Shown piece after piece: positions 37,847 through 48,016 of a DNA stretch of 64,000 nucleotides (within the stretch, counting starts at the first letter, position 1; each line of letters starts with the position of its first letter). The stretch covers positions 1 through 64,000 of the forward strand of contig JBBIRR010000003.1 of assembly GCA_037441705.1 (NCBI GenBank). The letters run 5' to 3'. The stretch is from Ignavibacteriales bacterium. GTDB lineage: Bacteria; Bacteroidota; Ignavibacteria; UBA10030; UBA6906. Under the pieces are notes generated by a model, which had not been told where the DNA came from, did no database searches, and worked only from the letters and a program-made list of their open reading frames with translations. Made by a program: the position numbers and the translations under genes.

Positions 37847-38790
37847 CGCAACTCCTTCGCAGCGGTGTCTCCGATGCGTTCCGCCGCACGAAGCTTCGCA
37901 CTCCGCGCGCGCGGGTTGCGCTCCACCTCACCGGCCGACGCCGTCACCGGCGTTTTCGTCAGAAGTCGAAGCTTCGGCGCCAGCGGAATGTCGGGAAGGT
38001 ACTTGTGGGGTGCGCGGCGAACCGTCATGGACGCGTTACGAAACACGGTTTTCACGATTCGATCTTCTAATGAGTGGTAGGAGATAACGACAATGCGACC
38101 TCCGGGTGCCAACATGTCAATCCCATCGGTGAGCGCCCGCTCGAGATGGCGCAGCTCGTCGTTCACCTCAATACGGATTGCCTGAAAGACACGCGCTAAC
38201 GTCTTGTGAAGATAACGCGCGCCGGTAACCGCCTCCACAATGCGGGCAAGTTGCCCGGTTGTATTCACGGGTCGTGCCCGTACGACGGCTTTGGCGATGC
38301 GGCGCGCGGCTCTCTCCTCGCCGTACGCCGAAATAATCGCGGCAAGCCTCTGCTCGTCGTACTCGTTCACAACATGCCATCCGCTGTGCTGCTGTCGTCG
38401 ATCCATCCTCATATCCAGACGTTCATCGCCGCGAAAGGAAAAGCCTTTGGTCTGCTCATCAAGTTGGTACGATGATACACCGAGGTCGAGAAGCAAACCG
38501 TTGATGGCCGCAATGCCCAGACGGGCCAGTTCCGCTTTCAGCGTGCCCACGTTTGCATGAACAAGAACAACGCGCGGCGTCACGGCTTGCAGCCGCTCCG
38601 ACGCGACGCGCAGTGCGTCGTCGTCCACATCGAATCCGATCAAGCATGCTTCCGCCGTAAGCATCCGACAAATTCCTTCCGCGTGCCCTCCTCCACCCAC
38701 GGTTCCGTCAACATACGTTCCCGTTGTCGTTGTAATGAGATATTGAAGAACCTCCTCGTAGAGAACGGGAGTGTGAAATGAATCCGTCAC
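37843..38790 (-). CDS. rsmH: 16S rRNA m4C1402 methyltransferase
   Basis: HTPVL, DGTVGGGGH, DLGVSS, FQAIRIEVN, SYHSLEDR, NPRARSAKLR. Confidence 0.98.
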   Translation of the reverse strand: MTDSFHTPVLYEEVLQYLITTTTGTYVDGTVGGGGHAEGICRMLTAEACLIGFDVDDDALRVASERLQAVTPRVVLVHANVGTLKAELARLGIAAINGLLLDLGVSSYQLDEQTKGFSFRGDERLDMRMDRRQQHSGWHVVNEYDEQRLAAIISAYGEERAARRIAKAVVRARPVNTTGQLARIVEAVTGARYLHKTLARVFQAIRIEVNDELRHLERALTDGIDMLAPGGRIVVISYHSLEDRIVKTVFRNASMTVRRAPHKYLPDIPLAPKLRLLTKTPVTASAGEVERNPRARSAKLRAAERIGDTAAKELR

Positions 38791-39239
38791 CCGTCGTTGT
38801 TCCAGAGAACCGTTTCAGCTACTTCTGCGTAACTCTTCTGCTGCGCGGCAAGATACGCCTTGTACTCCTGGGGATTCCATAGTTCAATATGGTCAAGCAG
38901 TCCGAGGATGAACACCTCGCTGTCGATCGCAGCAAAGTCCAGGAGTTCTTTCGGAATCGTGATGCGGGCTTGTGCATCGAGTTGTGACTCCGTAGCCTGC
39001 TGCAACAACATGCGCATGAAAAACCTGTGTTGGGGGTTCGTCTGTGAAAGCGCGCGAATCTTGTTCTCGATCTTCACCCATTCGTCTTGCGGATACACGA
39101 ACAAGCACTTCTCAAATCCGCGCGTGATGGTGAAGGTTTCGTTTGCGTTGGGCGAAATGGATTTTCGCATTCTCGCCGGAATGTTGATACGCCCCTTGCT
39201 ATCGACCGAGTATATGTTTGAACCCTTGAAAACCGACAC
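38787..39239 (-). CDS. mraZ: Transcriptional regulator MraZ
   Basis: Two DxxGR/DxxAR AbrB-like repeats (DSKGRI, DAQARI); first gene of the dcw cluster. Confidence 0.96.
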   Translation of the reverse strand: MSVFKGSNIYSVDSKGRINIPARMRKSISPNANETFTITRGFEKCLFVYPQDEWVKIENKIRALSQTNPQHRFFMRMLLQQATESQLDAQARITIPKELLDFAAIDSEVFILGLLDHIELWNPQEYKAYLAAQQKSYAEVAETVLWNNDG

Positions 39240-39271
39240 GGGATGTTTCTACTCTTGTCAAGGGAAAAAAA

Positions 39272-39334
39272 TCCTCTTCTACCCACACTTACCCACCAGT
39301 GTGCACAAGATACGGAAATCTACCCCAAAGTCAA
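39272..39334 (-). promoter_or_regulatory. dcw promoter with MraZ-binding direct repeats
   Basis: Minus strand reads TTGACT-N16-TATCTT (39334-39307), then GTGGG-N5-GTGGG-N5-GAGGA (39296-39272). The 10-nt period matches known MraZ boxes. Confidence 0.75.
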
Positions 39335-39464
39335 GGGCAAAACTGAAGAATTTGGACGAAATTGGCCAAAAAAGTCTGCGATATTACGGTGAAGAACTTT
39401 GGCTCGCTTGGCGTGTACCAGCTCCGACCAAAAGGTGTCGCTTTTAGGCGTCCTGAGATGGATC

Positions 39465-42400
39465 TCAGGTTGCTCCAACTCCAACACTGGAATCTGAAGA
39501 CGGTTGGTTTTGGCTCGCGGTCAGGGCGTGAAGCAGATGATCCGCGGTGCGAAACGGGTCAAGGCGTGTGGTGTGATCTAACACATAAGCAAGCGTCAGA
39601 ACTTTCCCGTCCTGCTGCAAGGATGCCTGCCGCTTGTCGAGACGGGAGACGTACGACATCAGGTGCTGGAATGTCGGACTCTCGTAGAAGTGACTGTCCG
39701 ATTCAGGTGGGAACTCAATGAGAATTCTTTGTTTGCCAATGATGAGCTTGCGGAAACCGATTTCTGTTGCTTTCAGTCTGAGCCGTACCAGCGTAAGAAG
39801 ATGTTCCACCTGCTTCGGATACGTACCAAAGCGATCCTTCAGCTCAGAGGCAATCAGGTTGACCTCATCGGCACAGATCACACTGAAAAGTCGGCGATAC
39901 ACGGACAGTCTCTCATTGCCGTCTTCGATATAGTGCTCAGGGATGCGAACGTCGAATTCCGCATCAACCACGGTTTGTTCTCTGGTCCCGGGCCGCGCTG
40001 GATGCTGGGCGAACATTTCCTGAAACTCCTGCTCTCTCAACTCAGCCACTGCTTCCTCGAGCACCTTCGTGTACATCTCGAATCCCATCGCCTCAATGAA
40101 TCCGCTTTGCTCGCCGCCGAGAAGATTCCCCGCTCCGCGAATTTCTAAGTCGCGCATTGCCAGGTTGAACCCCGACCCAAGCTCGGTGAACTCCTCCAAT
40201 GCCTGCAGTCGTCTCACAGTTTCGCGCGGCAGAGAGGAGATCGGCGGGACCAGCAGATAGGCGTAGGCTTGTACATTCGAGCGTCCGACTCGGCCGCGGA
40301 GCTGATACAGTTCCGCCATGCCGAATCTGTCCGCGCGATTGATGATAATCGTGTTCACATTCGGGATGTCGATGCCCGACTCGATAATTTTCGTCGCGAC
40401 CAGCACATCGAACTTCCGCTCCAGAAAGTCGAGCATGACCTCCTCGAGCTCGTATGCGTGCATCTGGCCGTGGGCGCTGCGGATGCGAACGTTGGGGACG
40501 AGCGTCTGCAGCCGACCGACAATCTCCATCATGTTGTGCACCCGATCGTGCACGAAGAAGACCTGCCCGCCGCGCTGGATTTCGCGCAGAATCGCCTCTC
40601 GGATGAGCGCTTCGTCATATTGGATGATCTCGGTTATCACCGGCAGCCGATTGCGCGGCGGTGTTGCTATGATGGAAAGATCACGCGCGCCCAGCAGCGA
40701 AAAATGCAGCGTCCGCGGAATGGGCGTAGCTGTCAACGTCAGCGTATCAACCGTTGCCTTCAACTGACGCAACTTCTCCTTCGCGGCAACGCCGAACCGA
40801 TGTTCCTCATCGATGATAAGCAGACCAAGATCCTTGAACACAACATCCCGCGACAGCAGCCGATGCGTGCCGATGATGATGTCGATCGTGCCGGCTGCAA
40901 GGCGCTGGAGGATCGTGGCTTGTTCTCTCTTCGTCTTGAATCGTGAGATGACCTCGACGTTGGTTGTGTAATGCGACAGCCGGTCAACGAACGTGTTGTA
41001 GTGCTGTTGCGCAAGAATGGTGGTAGGAACGAGGAGGGCAACCTGTTTCCCACTCATGACCGCCTTGAACGCGGCGCGGACGGCCACTTCGGTCTTCCCG
41101 AACCCGACATCGCCACAGATCAGCCGGTCCATAGGATACTGTGCCTCCATGTCACGCTTGACATCTTCGGTCGCTGTTGCCTGGTCGGGAGTGTCTTCAT
41201 AGACGAACGACGCTTCCAGTTCGCGCTGCCACAGGGTATCCGGAGAGGACGCGAACCCGGGCTGACTTCGACGTTTCGCATACAGCAGTATCAGCTCGCG
41301 GGCAATATCCTTCACGCGCTTCTTCGCGCGAGCCTTGAGTTTCTCCCACTCTCCCGTTCCCAATCGCGTCAACTGCGGAACATGACCGTCTCTTGATGAG
41401 TATTTCTGAATCTTGTTCAGATAGTTAAGATTGACATAGAGCGTATCCTTCTCCGCGTAGAGGAGTTTTACGACCTCGTGTTCAACATCGTTGACGCTTA
41501 TCTTTTTCAAGCCGTCGAACCGACCGATGCCGAAGTCGGCGTGAACGACGTAGTCTCCCTTGCGGAGTTCGTGAAGTTCACGCGCGGTGATGCCCTTGAA
41601 CGTTGGTCGTTTACGCCTCCCTCTCCGCTTCTGGCGGTTGAAGACTTGATGCTCGGTAAGCACAGCGATGCGCGCCGAAGGAAAAACAAAACCCTCATGG
41701 ATGGAATCGAGCGAAAACTCGATGCGCGACACATCAAGGAGGTGCGGGCGGGCGTGGGCAAGACGTTCTTCATCCTCCGCAAGCGGCTCAAGCTCGGTGA
41801 GCAGGTCGTGCAAGCGCTGACGCTCTGCGTCAGTGTCGGAGGTGAGGATGATGCGGAACGACGACTCCTGCAGCTCCGCCAGGTGATCGCGAAGAACCTT
41901 TATGCTGCTGTTGATTGCGGGCTGGGGCAACGCGCCAAAATCCAACGCCGATGAACGTGCCCTGCGCGCGAATCGAAGGCGCGTGTATATTGCAGCGAGG
42001 TCGAGCAGCTCTTCCCAGGAAATCGTACTCGCCGCGTCGCCTGCTCCGTCATCCTGCTTCGCAACGGACAGGAATTCGTCCAGCGCGAGTATGGCACGAG
42101 GCTGCAGGTAATCGAGAAGTGTCGTATGCGCCTGTGCAGGCAGGGAAAGCAGGTCGGGGACAATGCTGGCCTCGGACAATGGCTGGATGGAACGCTGCGA
42201 CAGCGGATCGAACTCCCGGATCGATTCCACAACGTCGCCGTCGAATTCGATCCGAAGCGGATTGCTTCCGGTGTACGGATAGACATCCAGGATGCCGCCA
42301 CGTTGAGCGTACTCGCCCACGGCTTGCACATACTGCTGCTTCGTAAATCCGAATTCCGTCAGGGCTGCAACGAGCCGCGTTGGGTTGTGCTCGCTTCCCC

Positions 42401-42827
42401 GTCGAAGTCGCAGGACATTGTCCTTCAGCAGCGCGGGAGGAGGAAGGATTTGCGTGAGAGCCTTGGGAAAGGTGACAACAATCCTCGCGTATCCATCCAG
42501 GAGCGAACGAAGAGTCTCCACATCTTCGACATTGGACGAAAGGCCCTCAACGGTCCTTGCACGCGTCGCGTCGAACATGTGTACAGCATTGGCGCCGACT
42601 ACAAGTCGAAGGTCATCGGCGATCTTGCGCGCGTCGTCGGCATCATCAACCACAACGAGGAACTGGCGCGCGAGATCCTCCTCAAGCGCCCCCACCACAA
42701 TCGCACGAAGCGAACCTGCGAGACCGGAGACATCAACGAAGCTTCCGTCCTCTCTTCTCTCCAAACGTGATCGGAGAGATTGGTACTGATCGGTTTGACG
42801 GACTCTCTCACGTACCGTATCTATCAT
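39465..42827 (-). CDS. mfd: Transcription-repair coupling factor
   Basis: UvrB-like N-terminus (RGGILD), CarD-like RID, GDVGFGKT, DEEH, TATPIPRT, QLRGRVGR, TRCF C-terminus. Confidence 0.98.
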   Translation of the reverse strand: MIDTVRERVRQTDQYQSLRSRLERREDGSFVDVSGLAGSLRAIVVGALEEDLARQFLVVVDDADDARKIADDLRLVVGANAVHMFDATRARTVEGLSSNVEDVETLRSLLDGYARIVVTFPKALTQILPPPALLKDNVLRLRRGSEHNPTRLVAALTEFGFTKQQYVQAVGEYAQRGGILDVYPYTGSNPLRIEFDGDVVESIREFDPLSQRSIQPLSEASIVPDLLSLPAQAHTTLLDYLQPRAILALDEFLSVAKQDDGAGDAASTISWEELLDLAAIYTRLRFARRARSSALDFGALPQPAINSSIKVLRDHLAELQESSFRIILTSDTDAERQRLHDLLTELEPLAEDEERLAHARPHLLDVSRIEFSLDSIHEGFVFPSARIAVLTEHQVFNRQKRRGRRKRPTFKGITARELHELRKGDYVVHADFGIGRFDGLKKISVNDVEHEVVKLLYAEKDTLYVNLNYLNKIQKYSSRDGHVPQLTRLGTGEWEKLKARAKKRVKDIARELILLYAKRRSQPGFASSPDTLWQRELEASFVYEDTPDQATATEDVKRDMEAQYPMDRLICGDVGFGKTEVAVRAAFKAVMSGKQVALLVPTTILAQQHYNTFVDRLSHYTTNVEVISRFKTKREQATILQRLAAGTIDIIIGTHRLLSRDVVFKDLGLLIIDEEHRFGVAAKEKLRQLKATVDTLTLTATPIPRTLHFSLLGARDLSIIATPPRNRLPVITEIIQYDEALIREAILREIQRGGQVFFVHDRVHNMMEIVGRLQTLVPNVRIRSAHGQMHAYELEEVMLDFLERKFDVLVATKIIESGIDIPNVNTIIINRADRFGMAELYQLRGRVGRSNVQAYAYLLVPPISSLPRETVRRLQALEEFTELGSGFNLAMRDLEIRGAGNLLGGEQSGFIEAMGFEMYTKVLEEAVAELREQEFQEMFAQHPARPGTREQTVVDAEFDVRIPEHYIEDGNERLSVYRRLFSVICADEVNLIASELKDRFGTYPKQVEHLLTLVRLRLKATEIGFRKLIIGKQRILIEFPPESDSHFYESPTFQHLMSYVSRLDKRQASLQQDGKVLTLAYVLDHTTRLDPFRTADHLLHALTASQNQPSSDSSVGVGAT

Positions 42828-42864
42828 TCCCTCGTTTCCATCTGCAGTCCATCATGCATGCGAG

Positions 42865-43809
42865 CTATGCCTTTCCGATAGCTGCGCGGACGAATCCGCC
42901 GGCTTGTTCAAGACAGGCCCGCGCTTCTTCAGCAGTCATGTTATTGGCGATCATCACGATTGCCGTCTTCACGTGTCCGCCCGATCGGTCAAGGTACGTG
43001 GACGCAGTGTCGTAATCCACGCCGGTAACAACCATGATGATACGTTTGGCCCGCTCAACCAATTTCTGGCTGTTCAGCTGCACGTCTACCATCATGTTTT
43101 CGTAAACCTTTCCCAACTTGATCATTGATGCTGTCGTCAGCATGTTCAAGACCATCTTCTGCGCCGTACCCGACTTCATCCGCGTGGAGCCCATAATCAC
43201 TTCGGGGCCTACCTCGGGACAGATCGCTACATCAACATCGAGAGTGAAGGAGTGGCGAGGATTCGTCGTGATGAAGACTGTTTTGGCTCCCACCTGTCTG
43301 GCTCGGGACACGGCTGCAACTACATACGGCGTTCGCTTGCTTGCTGCAAGTCCGCAAACTACATCAACGGCCCGAACCTCGTGGCGCTCGATGTCGCGAA
43401 GCGCCTGCTCGGCGTCATCCTCTGCGCCCTCCTGCGAACGCCTCAATGCCTGGTCTCCTCCGGCGATAACACCTACGACCATTTCCGGTGGGACACCAAA
43501 TGTCGGCGGGCATTCGGCGGCGTCAAGCACGCCGAGTCGGCCGCTTGTGCCAGCGCCAAAGTACAACAGGCGCCCTCCGTTCCGAAAGCTTTCCACTATC
43601 ACGTCGACAGCCCGAGCTATGTGGGGCAACTCCTTTTCAACGGCGAGAGCTACGAGCTTATCCTCTGAATTGATGATGCGCAAAATCGCATCGGTACTCT
43701 GGAGATCTATCTCACGCGATCGAGGATTGCGTTGCTCGGTCAGAAGTGAAGCAAACTCCTCTGCGGTGCTGGGGACGGTGTTCATGTTGCAGCAATAACG
43801 GCTTATCAT
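42865..43809 (-). CDS. murQ: N-acetylmuramic acid 6-phosphate etherase
   Basis: TEQRN, GAGTSGRLG, DAAECPPTF, GPE..GSTRMKSGTAQK. Start is 43809 (ATGA overlap with rsmG) or 43785. Confidence 0.96.
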   Translation of the reverse strand: MISRYCCNMNTVPSTAEEFASLLTEQRNPRSREIDLQSTDAILRIINSEDKLVALAVEKELPHIARAVDVIVESFRNGGRLLYFGAGTSGRLGVLDAAECPPTFGVPPEMVVGVIAGGDQALRRSQEGAEDDAEQALRDIERHEVRAVDVVCGLAASKRTPYVVAAVSRARQVGAKTVFITTNPRHSFTLDVDVAICPEVGPEVIMGSTRMKSGTAQKMVLNMLTTASMIKLGKVYENMMVDVQLNSQKLVERAKRIIMVVTGVDYDTASTYLDRSGGHVKTAIVMIANNMTAEEARACLEQAGGFVRAAIGKA

Positions 43810-44510
43810 TGAATTTGTATGATGACGAGCTTCTTTTCAACCAAATCAATCTCTTCGCTTCCATCGAAAACGATCTCTCGAACCACCACTGAAGCCGATG
43901 CAAATCGCTTGGTTAGCGATCGCAGTTCGTCTGTTATGTCTCCTCCTTTGTAGGCCACGAGACAAGGGGTCGGCAAGAAGCCCTTGGTGCTTGATCTGTG
44001 ATTCGCAACCTTCGTCAACAAAGGTTTCGACCACTTCATCAAATCCACAAGCGGAGCCACGCCGCGCGCAAGTACCAGATCGACAGGCTGAAAGCCCGGG
44101 ACAGTGGGCAGGTCCTCGGCACGGCAGACTAACGCCTCGACATTGTGGAGCTGAAGCCGACTGAGGATATCTTGAACAGCCGAGATTTTCTTTCTGATGG
44201 AATCCGCCAGCGTTACTTTCAAGTCGCCCCTGAGTATTGCGATGGGGATTCCCGGCAACCCCCCGCCGGTGCCCAAGTCAAGGACCCGCAGCCCAGGCTC
44301 AATTCGAAATAGAAGAGTGGGCGAGATCGAATGCAGAATGTGAGCGAACCAGATGTCCTTCTTATCGCTTCTCGATATCAGGTTGACTTTGGCGTTCCAC
44401 TCCTTCAGAAGAGTCACATACTCCTGAAGTTTTCTCAGTTGATCATCGGAGATGTCCAGACCGTTGCGCCTGCAAATAGACCTGAACTTGAGTATAGACT
44501 CGCCTTCCAT
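43806..44510 (-). CDS. rsmG: 16S rRNA m7G527 methyltransferase (GidB)
   Basis: WNAKVNLIS, DLGTGGGLPG, RAE, YKG. Confidence 0.95.
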   Translation of the reverse strand: MEGESILKFRSICRRNGLDISDDQLRKLQEYVTLLKEWNAKVNLISRSDKKDIWFAHILHSISPTLLFRIEPGLRVLDLGTGGGLPGIPIAILRGDLKVTLADSIRKKISAVQDILSRLQLHNVEALVCRAEDLPTVPGFQPVDLVLARGVAPLVDLMKWSKPLLTKVANHRSSTKGFLPTPCLVAYKGGDITDELRSLTKRFASASVVVREIVFDGSEEIDLVEKKLVIIQIQ

Positions 44511-44523
44511 TTCACGTGAAACG
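44508..44523. other. parS centromere-like site (overlaps the mnmG stop and rsmG start)
   Basis: CATTTCACGTGAAACG versus consensus TGTTTCACGTGAAACA; perfect 12-bp palindromic core TTTCACGTGAAA. Confidence 0.8.
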
Positions 44524-46404
44524 TAGTTTCTTCAGCGAAACCAACAAGACGGAAACATCGGCGGGCGTGACTCCGCTAATGCGCGTGGCCTGGCCGATTG
44601 TTCGCGGTCTCACTCTGCTGAGCTTCTCCTTTCCCTCCTTGCTGAGTGATGCAACCTTCTCAAATTCAAAATTAGCCGGGATGGTAATTGATTCGTTTCT
44701 GGCAAACCGCTGAACTTCTTCTTCCTGTCGCTTCAGGTACCCTTCGTATTTGATCTCAATCTCCACTCTCTCAAGCGCCTCCCTATCATCAAGCAACGAA
44801 GCGAGTGATGGCTCTGTTCTAACCTGTTCCAGCCGAAAAAGGTCAGTGAGTGATACTTCTGGGCGCTTCAGCAATCTTTCGAGTGGCTCGCGCTCCGAGA
44901 TACATTGAGTGCCGAGAGAGTTCAGAAGATCATTGACCTCCGTCGGCAAAACCGAAATGGTTGAGACAGCCTTCTTTGCTTTCCTGACCAACTCTTCTTT
45001 CCTTTCAAGTCGCCTCAGTGCATCGATGCTGATCAGTCCGATACGATGACCCTTACGCATGAGCCGTGAGTCCGCATTGTCTTGCCGTAGCAACAGCCTG
45101 TACTCCGCTCGGGACGTGAAGATACGATACGGCTCATCAGTCCCCTTGTTGATCAGATCGTCAATCAAGACACCGATGTAGGCTTCGCTTCTCTGAAGAA
45201 CAAGTGGCTCCTCTCCTTTCACCTGCAGAGCCGCGTTGATTCCGGCTATGAGTCCCTGCGCCCCGGCTTCTTCGTATCCGCTCGTACCGTTCACCTGGCC
45301 CGCGAAGTAGAATCCCTTGACTATCTTCGACTCAAGTGTATGCTCGAGCTGATGGGGTGGAAAATAGTCGTACTCTACGGCATAGCCCGCGCGGGTCATC
45401 ACGGCATTCCTCAGACCTGGGATGGTTCTTAAGGCCCGCTGCTGTATGTCCGCAGGAAGGCTTGTTGAGAAGCCGTTGATGTACACGATATCCGACTCGT
45501 AGCCTTCCGGCTCAAGGAATATCTGGTGCCTCTCGCGATCGGCAAACCGACTGATCTTGTCTTCAATGGAAGGGCAGTACCTGGGCCCGACTCCCTTGAT
45601 TCTGCCGGTAAACATCGGCGACTCATCAAAACCCTCTCGAAGAATATCGTGGGTGGTTTCGTTCGTGAATGTGAGAAACATCGGAATCTGCTCGTTCCTG
45701 ATTCTTCTGTTCTGAAACGAGAAAGGAACAGGCTCTCTGTCCGCATGCTGTACTTCCGTCTCTCCGAAATCTATACTCCTGCGCGCTACGCGCGGGGGCG
45801 TGCCTGTTTTCAGGCGCCCCACCTGAAAACCAAGCCTCTTAAGGTGGTCGGAGAGTTCTGTAGAAGGGGGCTCATTATATCGCCCGCCCGCAGTCGAGCT
45901 GCGCCCCGTATGCATTACTGCGTTCAAGAACGTTCCGCTACAGATAACGAGTGCCGCACACCTTAGCTGCCTTCCACTTTGGGTGATGACGCCTTTCAGG
46001 ACACGGCCATCTACATAGATATCTGTTATGGAATCCTTCAAAACGGTCAGATTCTCTTGCGACAGAACTCTTCTGGCGGCTTCTCGACTGTACCATTCAC
46101 GATCGTTCTGGCAGCGCGGCGACCAGATGGCGGGTCCCTTGGATTTGTTCAGCATTCGAAAATGAATGCCCGTTGCGTCTGCCAGCTTGCCCATCTCACC
46201 TCCCAGGGCATCGATTTCTCGGACCAGATGGCCCTTTGCCGTACCCCCGATAGCGGGATTGCATGACATGCGGCCTATCGCATTGAGGTCCATTGTCACA
46301 AGGGCTGTTTTGCATCCCATTCGGGCTGCCGCAAGCGAGGCCTCGATACCGGCATGGCCGGCACCTATCACAATCACATCATATTTTGAGGTTTCGTCGA
46401 TCAC
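44512..46404 (-). CDS. mnmG: tRNA uridine 5-carboxymethylaminomethyl modification enzyme (GidA)
   Basis: [44 protein letters not shown]. Likely GTG start at 46404 (the ORF is open to 46437). Confidence 0.98.
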   Translation of the reverse strand: MIDETSKYDVIVIGAGHAGIEASLAAARMGCKTALVTMDLNAIGRMSCNPAIGGTAKGHLVREIDALGGEMGKLADATGIHFRMLNKSKGPAIWSPRCQNDREWYSREAARRVLSQENLTVLKDSITDIYVDGRVLKGVITQSGRQLRCAALVICSGTFLNAVMHTGRSSTAGGRYNEPPSTELSDHLKRLGFQVGRLKTGTPPRVARRSIDFGETEVQHADREPVPFSFQNRRIRNEQIPMFLTFTNETTHDILREGFDESPMFTGRIKGVGPRYCPSIEDKISRFADRERHQIFLEPEGYESDIVYINGFSTSLPADIQQRALRTIPGLRNAVMTRAGYAVEYDYFPPHQLEHTLESKIVKGFYFAGQVNGTSGYEEAGAQGLIAGINAALQVKGEEPLVLQRSEAYIGVLIDDLINKGTDEPYRIFTSRAEYRLLLRQDNADSRLMRKGHRIGLISIDALRRLERKEELVRKAKKAVSTISVLPTEVNDLLNSLGTQCISEREPLERLLKRPEVSLTDLFRLEQVRTEPSLASLLDDREALERVEIEIKYEGYLKRQEEEVQRFARNESITIPANFEFEKVASLSKEGKEKLSRVRPRTIGQATRISGVTPADVSVLLVSLKKLRFT

Positions 46405-46420
46405 CGTTTCACGTGAAATA
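46405..46420. other. parS centromere-like site (mnmE-mnmG junction)
   Basis: CGTTTCACGTGAAATA versus consensus TGTTTCACGTGAAACA. Confidence 0.8.
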
Positions 46421-46426
46421 GAAGAC

Positions 46427-47836
46427 CTACTTACCAATGCAAAACTTCTGGAAAATGTTGTTCAGCATATCCTCCGTGCTCACCTCACCGATAATCTCAG
46501 CAAGGGCATCGGCCGCAGAGTGAATATCAACCGCAACAAACTCTCCTGACTTTCCTTCTTCCGCTGCTTGCGATGCCGCATGCAGCCTATCAATAGCGTG
46601 CAAGATTGCCCGATGATGGCGACTGTTCGTCACTTGAACCTCTGCCGCTTCCGAACCGAGCTTGTGAATTGCTCCTATCAAGCATTTCCGCAACTGGTCA
46701 AGACCCTCACCCGTCTTAGCCGAAGTGAGCACTTCGGCGAATTCTGTCCCATTGACTCGGAACTCCTGGGCCTGATAGCCAAGTCCTCCGCTCAAATCTA
46801 TTTTGTTGTACGCAACGACTACGCTCTCAGGGATATCTAACCCATCAAGGAATGAAAGCGCTGCGTCCCTTGCAATCGTCTCGCTCGCATCAACAACCAG
46901 CACGACAACCTGGGATCGTCGCACGATGGATTTCGTTCTCAGAACACCCTGCTGCTCGACAGGGTCAGAGGTCTCTCGAAGGCCAGCCGTATCGTGAAGA
47001 CGAAAGAGGACGCCGTCAATCGAAATGCTCTCCTCCAATGTATCTCGAGTCGTTCCGGGAATTTCGGTGACGATGGCGCGATCTTCGCGAAGTAGGGAAT
47101 TGAAGAGGCTGGACTTACCAGCATTCGGCTTCCCAACGATGGCCACGGAAACCCCGTCTCGATACAACCTGCCGAGGCGGTAGGAATCCGCCATCTTTTG
47201 TAGCTGATTTCTGACCCTTGAAATCCTCGCGAGGATTTCCGATTTCTGAATGAGGTCCAGCCCTTCCTCGCTGAAGTCCAGCTCTAATTCGATCAGCGAG
47301 CTGAGGTCAAGCAGGTCTGCACGAAGCTGACGCAACTGCGCGGAGAACTTTCCTTCGAGCAGGTTAAGGGATGCCCTGTGGGCTACTTCACTCCGGGCAG
47401 CGATCAATTCAGCAACAGCCTCTGCCTGCGACAGGTCCAGCTTGCCATTGAGAAACGCCCGCTTCGTGAACTCCCCCGGCTGAGCCTGTCTGGCCCCTGC
47501 GGAAAATATCGCATTGAGCACGCGCTGCGTATTGTAAATGCCTCCGTGGCAACTTACCTCAACAGATTCTTCTCCTGTATACGAGTGCGGCGCTCTGAAG
47601 ACCGTAACAACAACGTCATCGAGGTGTTGTCCATTTCGATCAATCAATTTGCCATAATGAGCCGTATGCGTCGCTGCCTCTGAAAGGGAAACCCTGCCTC
47701 TAAAGACTGCATCCACAGTCGTTATTGCAGACCTGCCGCTAACACGAATGACGGCAATGGCTCCTTCTCCGTGCGGAGTAGCAATTGCAGCAATCGTATC
47801 GTCCTCATAAGCTTTCAGCATACTTCCCATCTCCAC
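46427..47836 (-). CDS. mnmE: tRNA modification GTPase MnmE (TrmE)
   Basis: [31 protein letters not shown]-terminal FCIGK. Confidence 0.98.
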   Translation of the reverse strand: MEMGSMLKAYEDDTIAAIATPHGEGAIAVIRVSGRSAITTVDAVFRGRVSLSEAATHTAHYGKLIDRNGQHLDDVVVTVFRAPHSYTGEESVEVSCHGGIYNTQRVLNAIFSAGARQAQPGEFTKRAFLNGKLDLSQAEAVAELIAARSEVAHRASLNLLEGKFSAQLRQLRADLLDLSSLIELELDFSEEGLDLIQKSEILARISRVRNQLQKMADSYRLGRLYRDGVSVAIVGKPNAGKSSLFNSLLREDRAIVTEIPGTTRDTLEESISIDGVLFRLHDTAGLRETSDPVEQQGVLRTKSIVRRSQVVVLVVDASETIARDAALSFLDGLDIPESVVVAYNKIDLSGGLGYQAQEFRVNGTEFAEVLTSAKTGEGLDQLRKCLIGAIHKLGSEAAEVQVTNSRHHRAILHAIDRLHAASQAAEEGKSGEFVAVDIHSAADALAEIIGEVSTEDMLNNIFQKFCIGK

Positions 47837-47956
47837 TCACGCATCTGGTTCGTCTAACACGCAAAGATGAACCTAACAATTTCTGCGTAGACTATCAATT
47901 CACTTCTCGTGAGCGCTCCACAGATCTGAGCTTCGCGTCTTCCATCTTTGCAGAAC

Positions 47957-47986
47957 AAAAAGGCCCGCCTGCTACGGACGGGCCTT
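47957..47986 (-). terminator. Intrinsic terminator downstream of yidC
   Basis: Minus strand AAGGCCCG...CGGGCC stem followed by TTTTTGTT. Confidence 0.75.
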
Positions 47987-48016
47987 GAGTCTCCGATTTT
48001 CAGCACGCTGCTCGAA

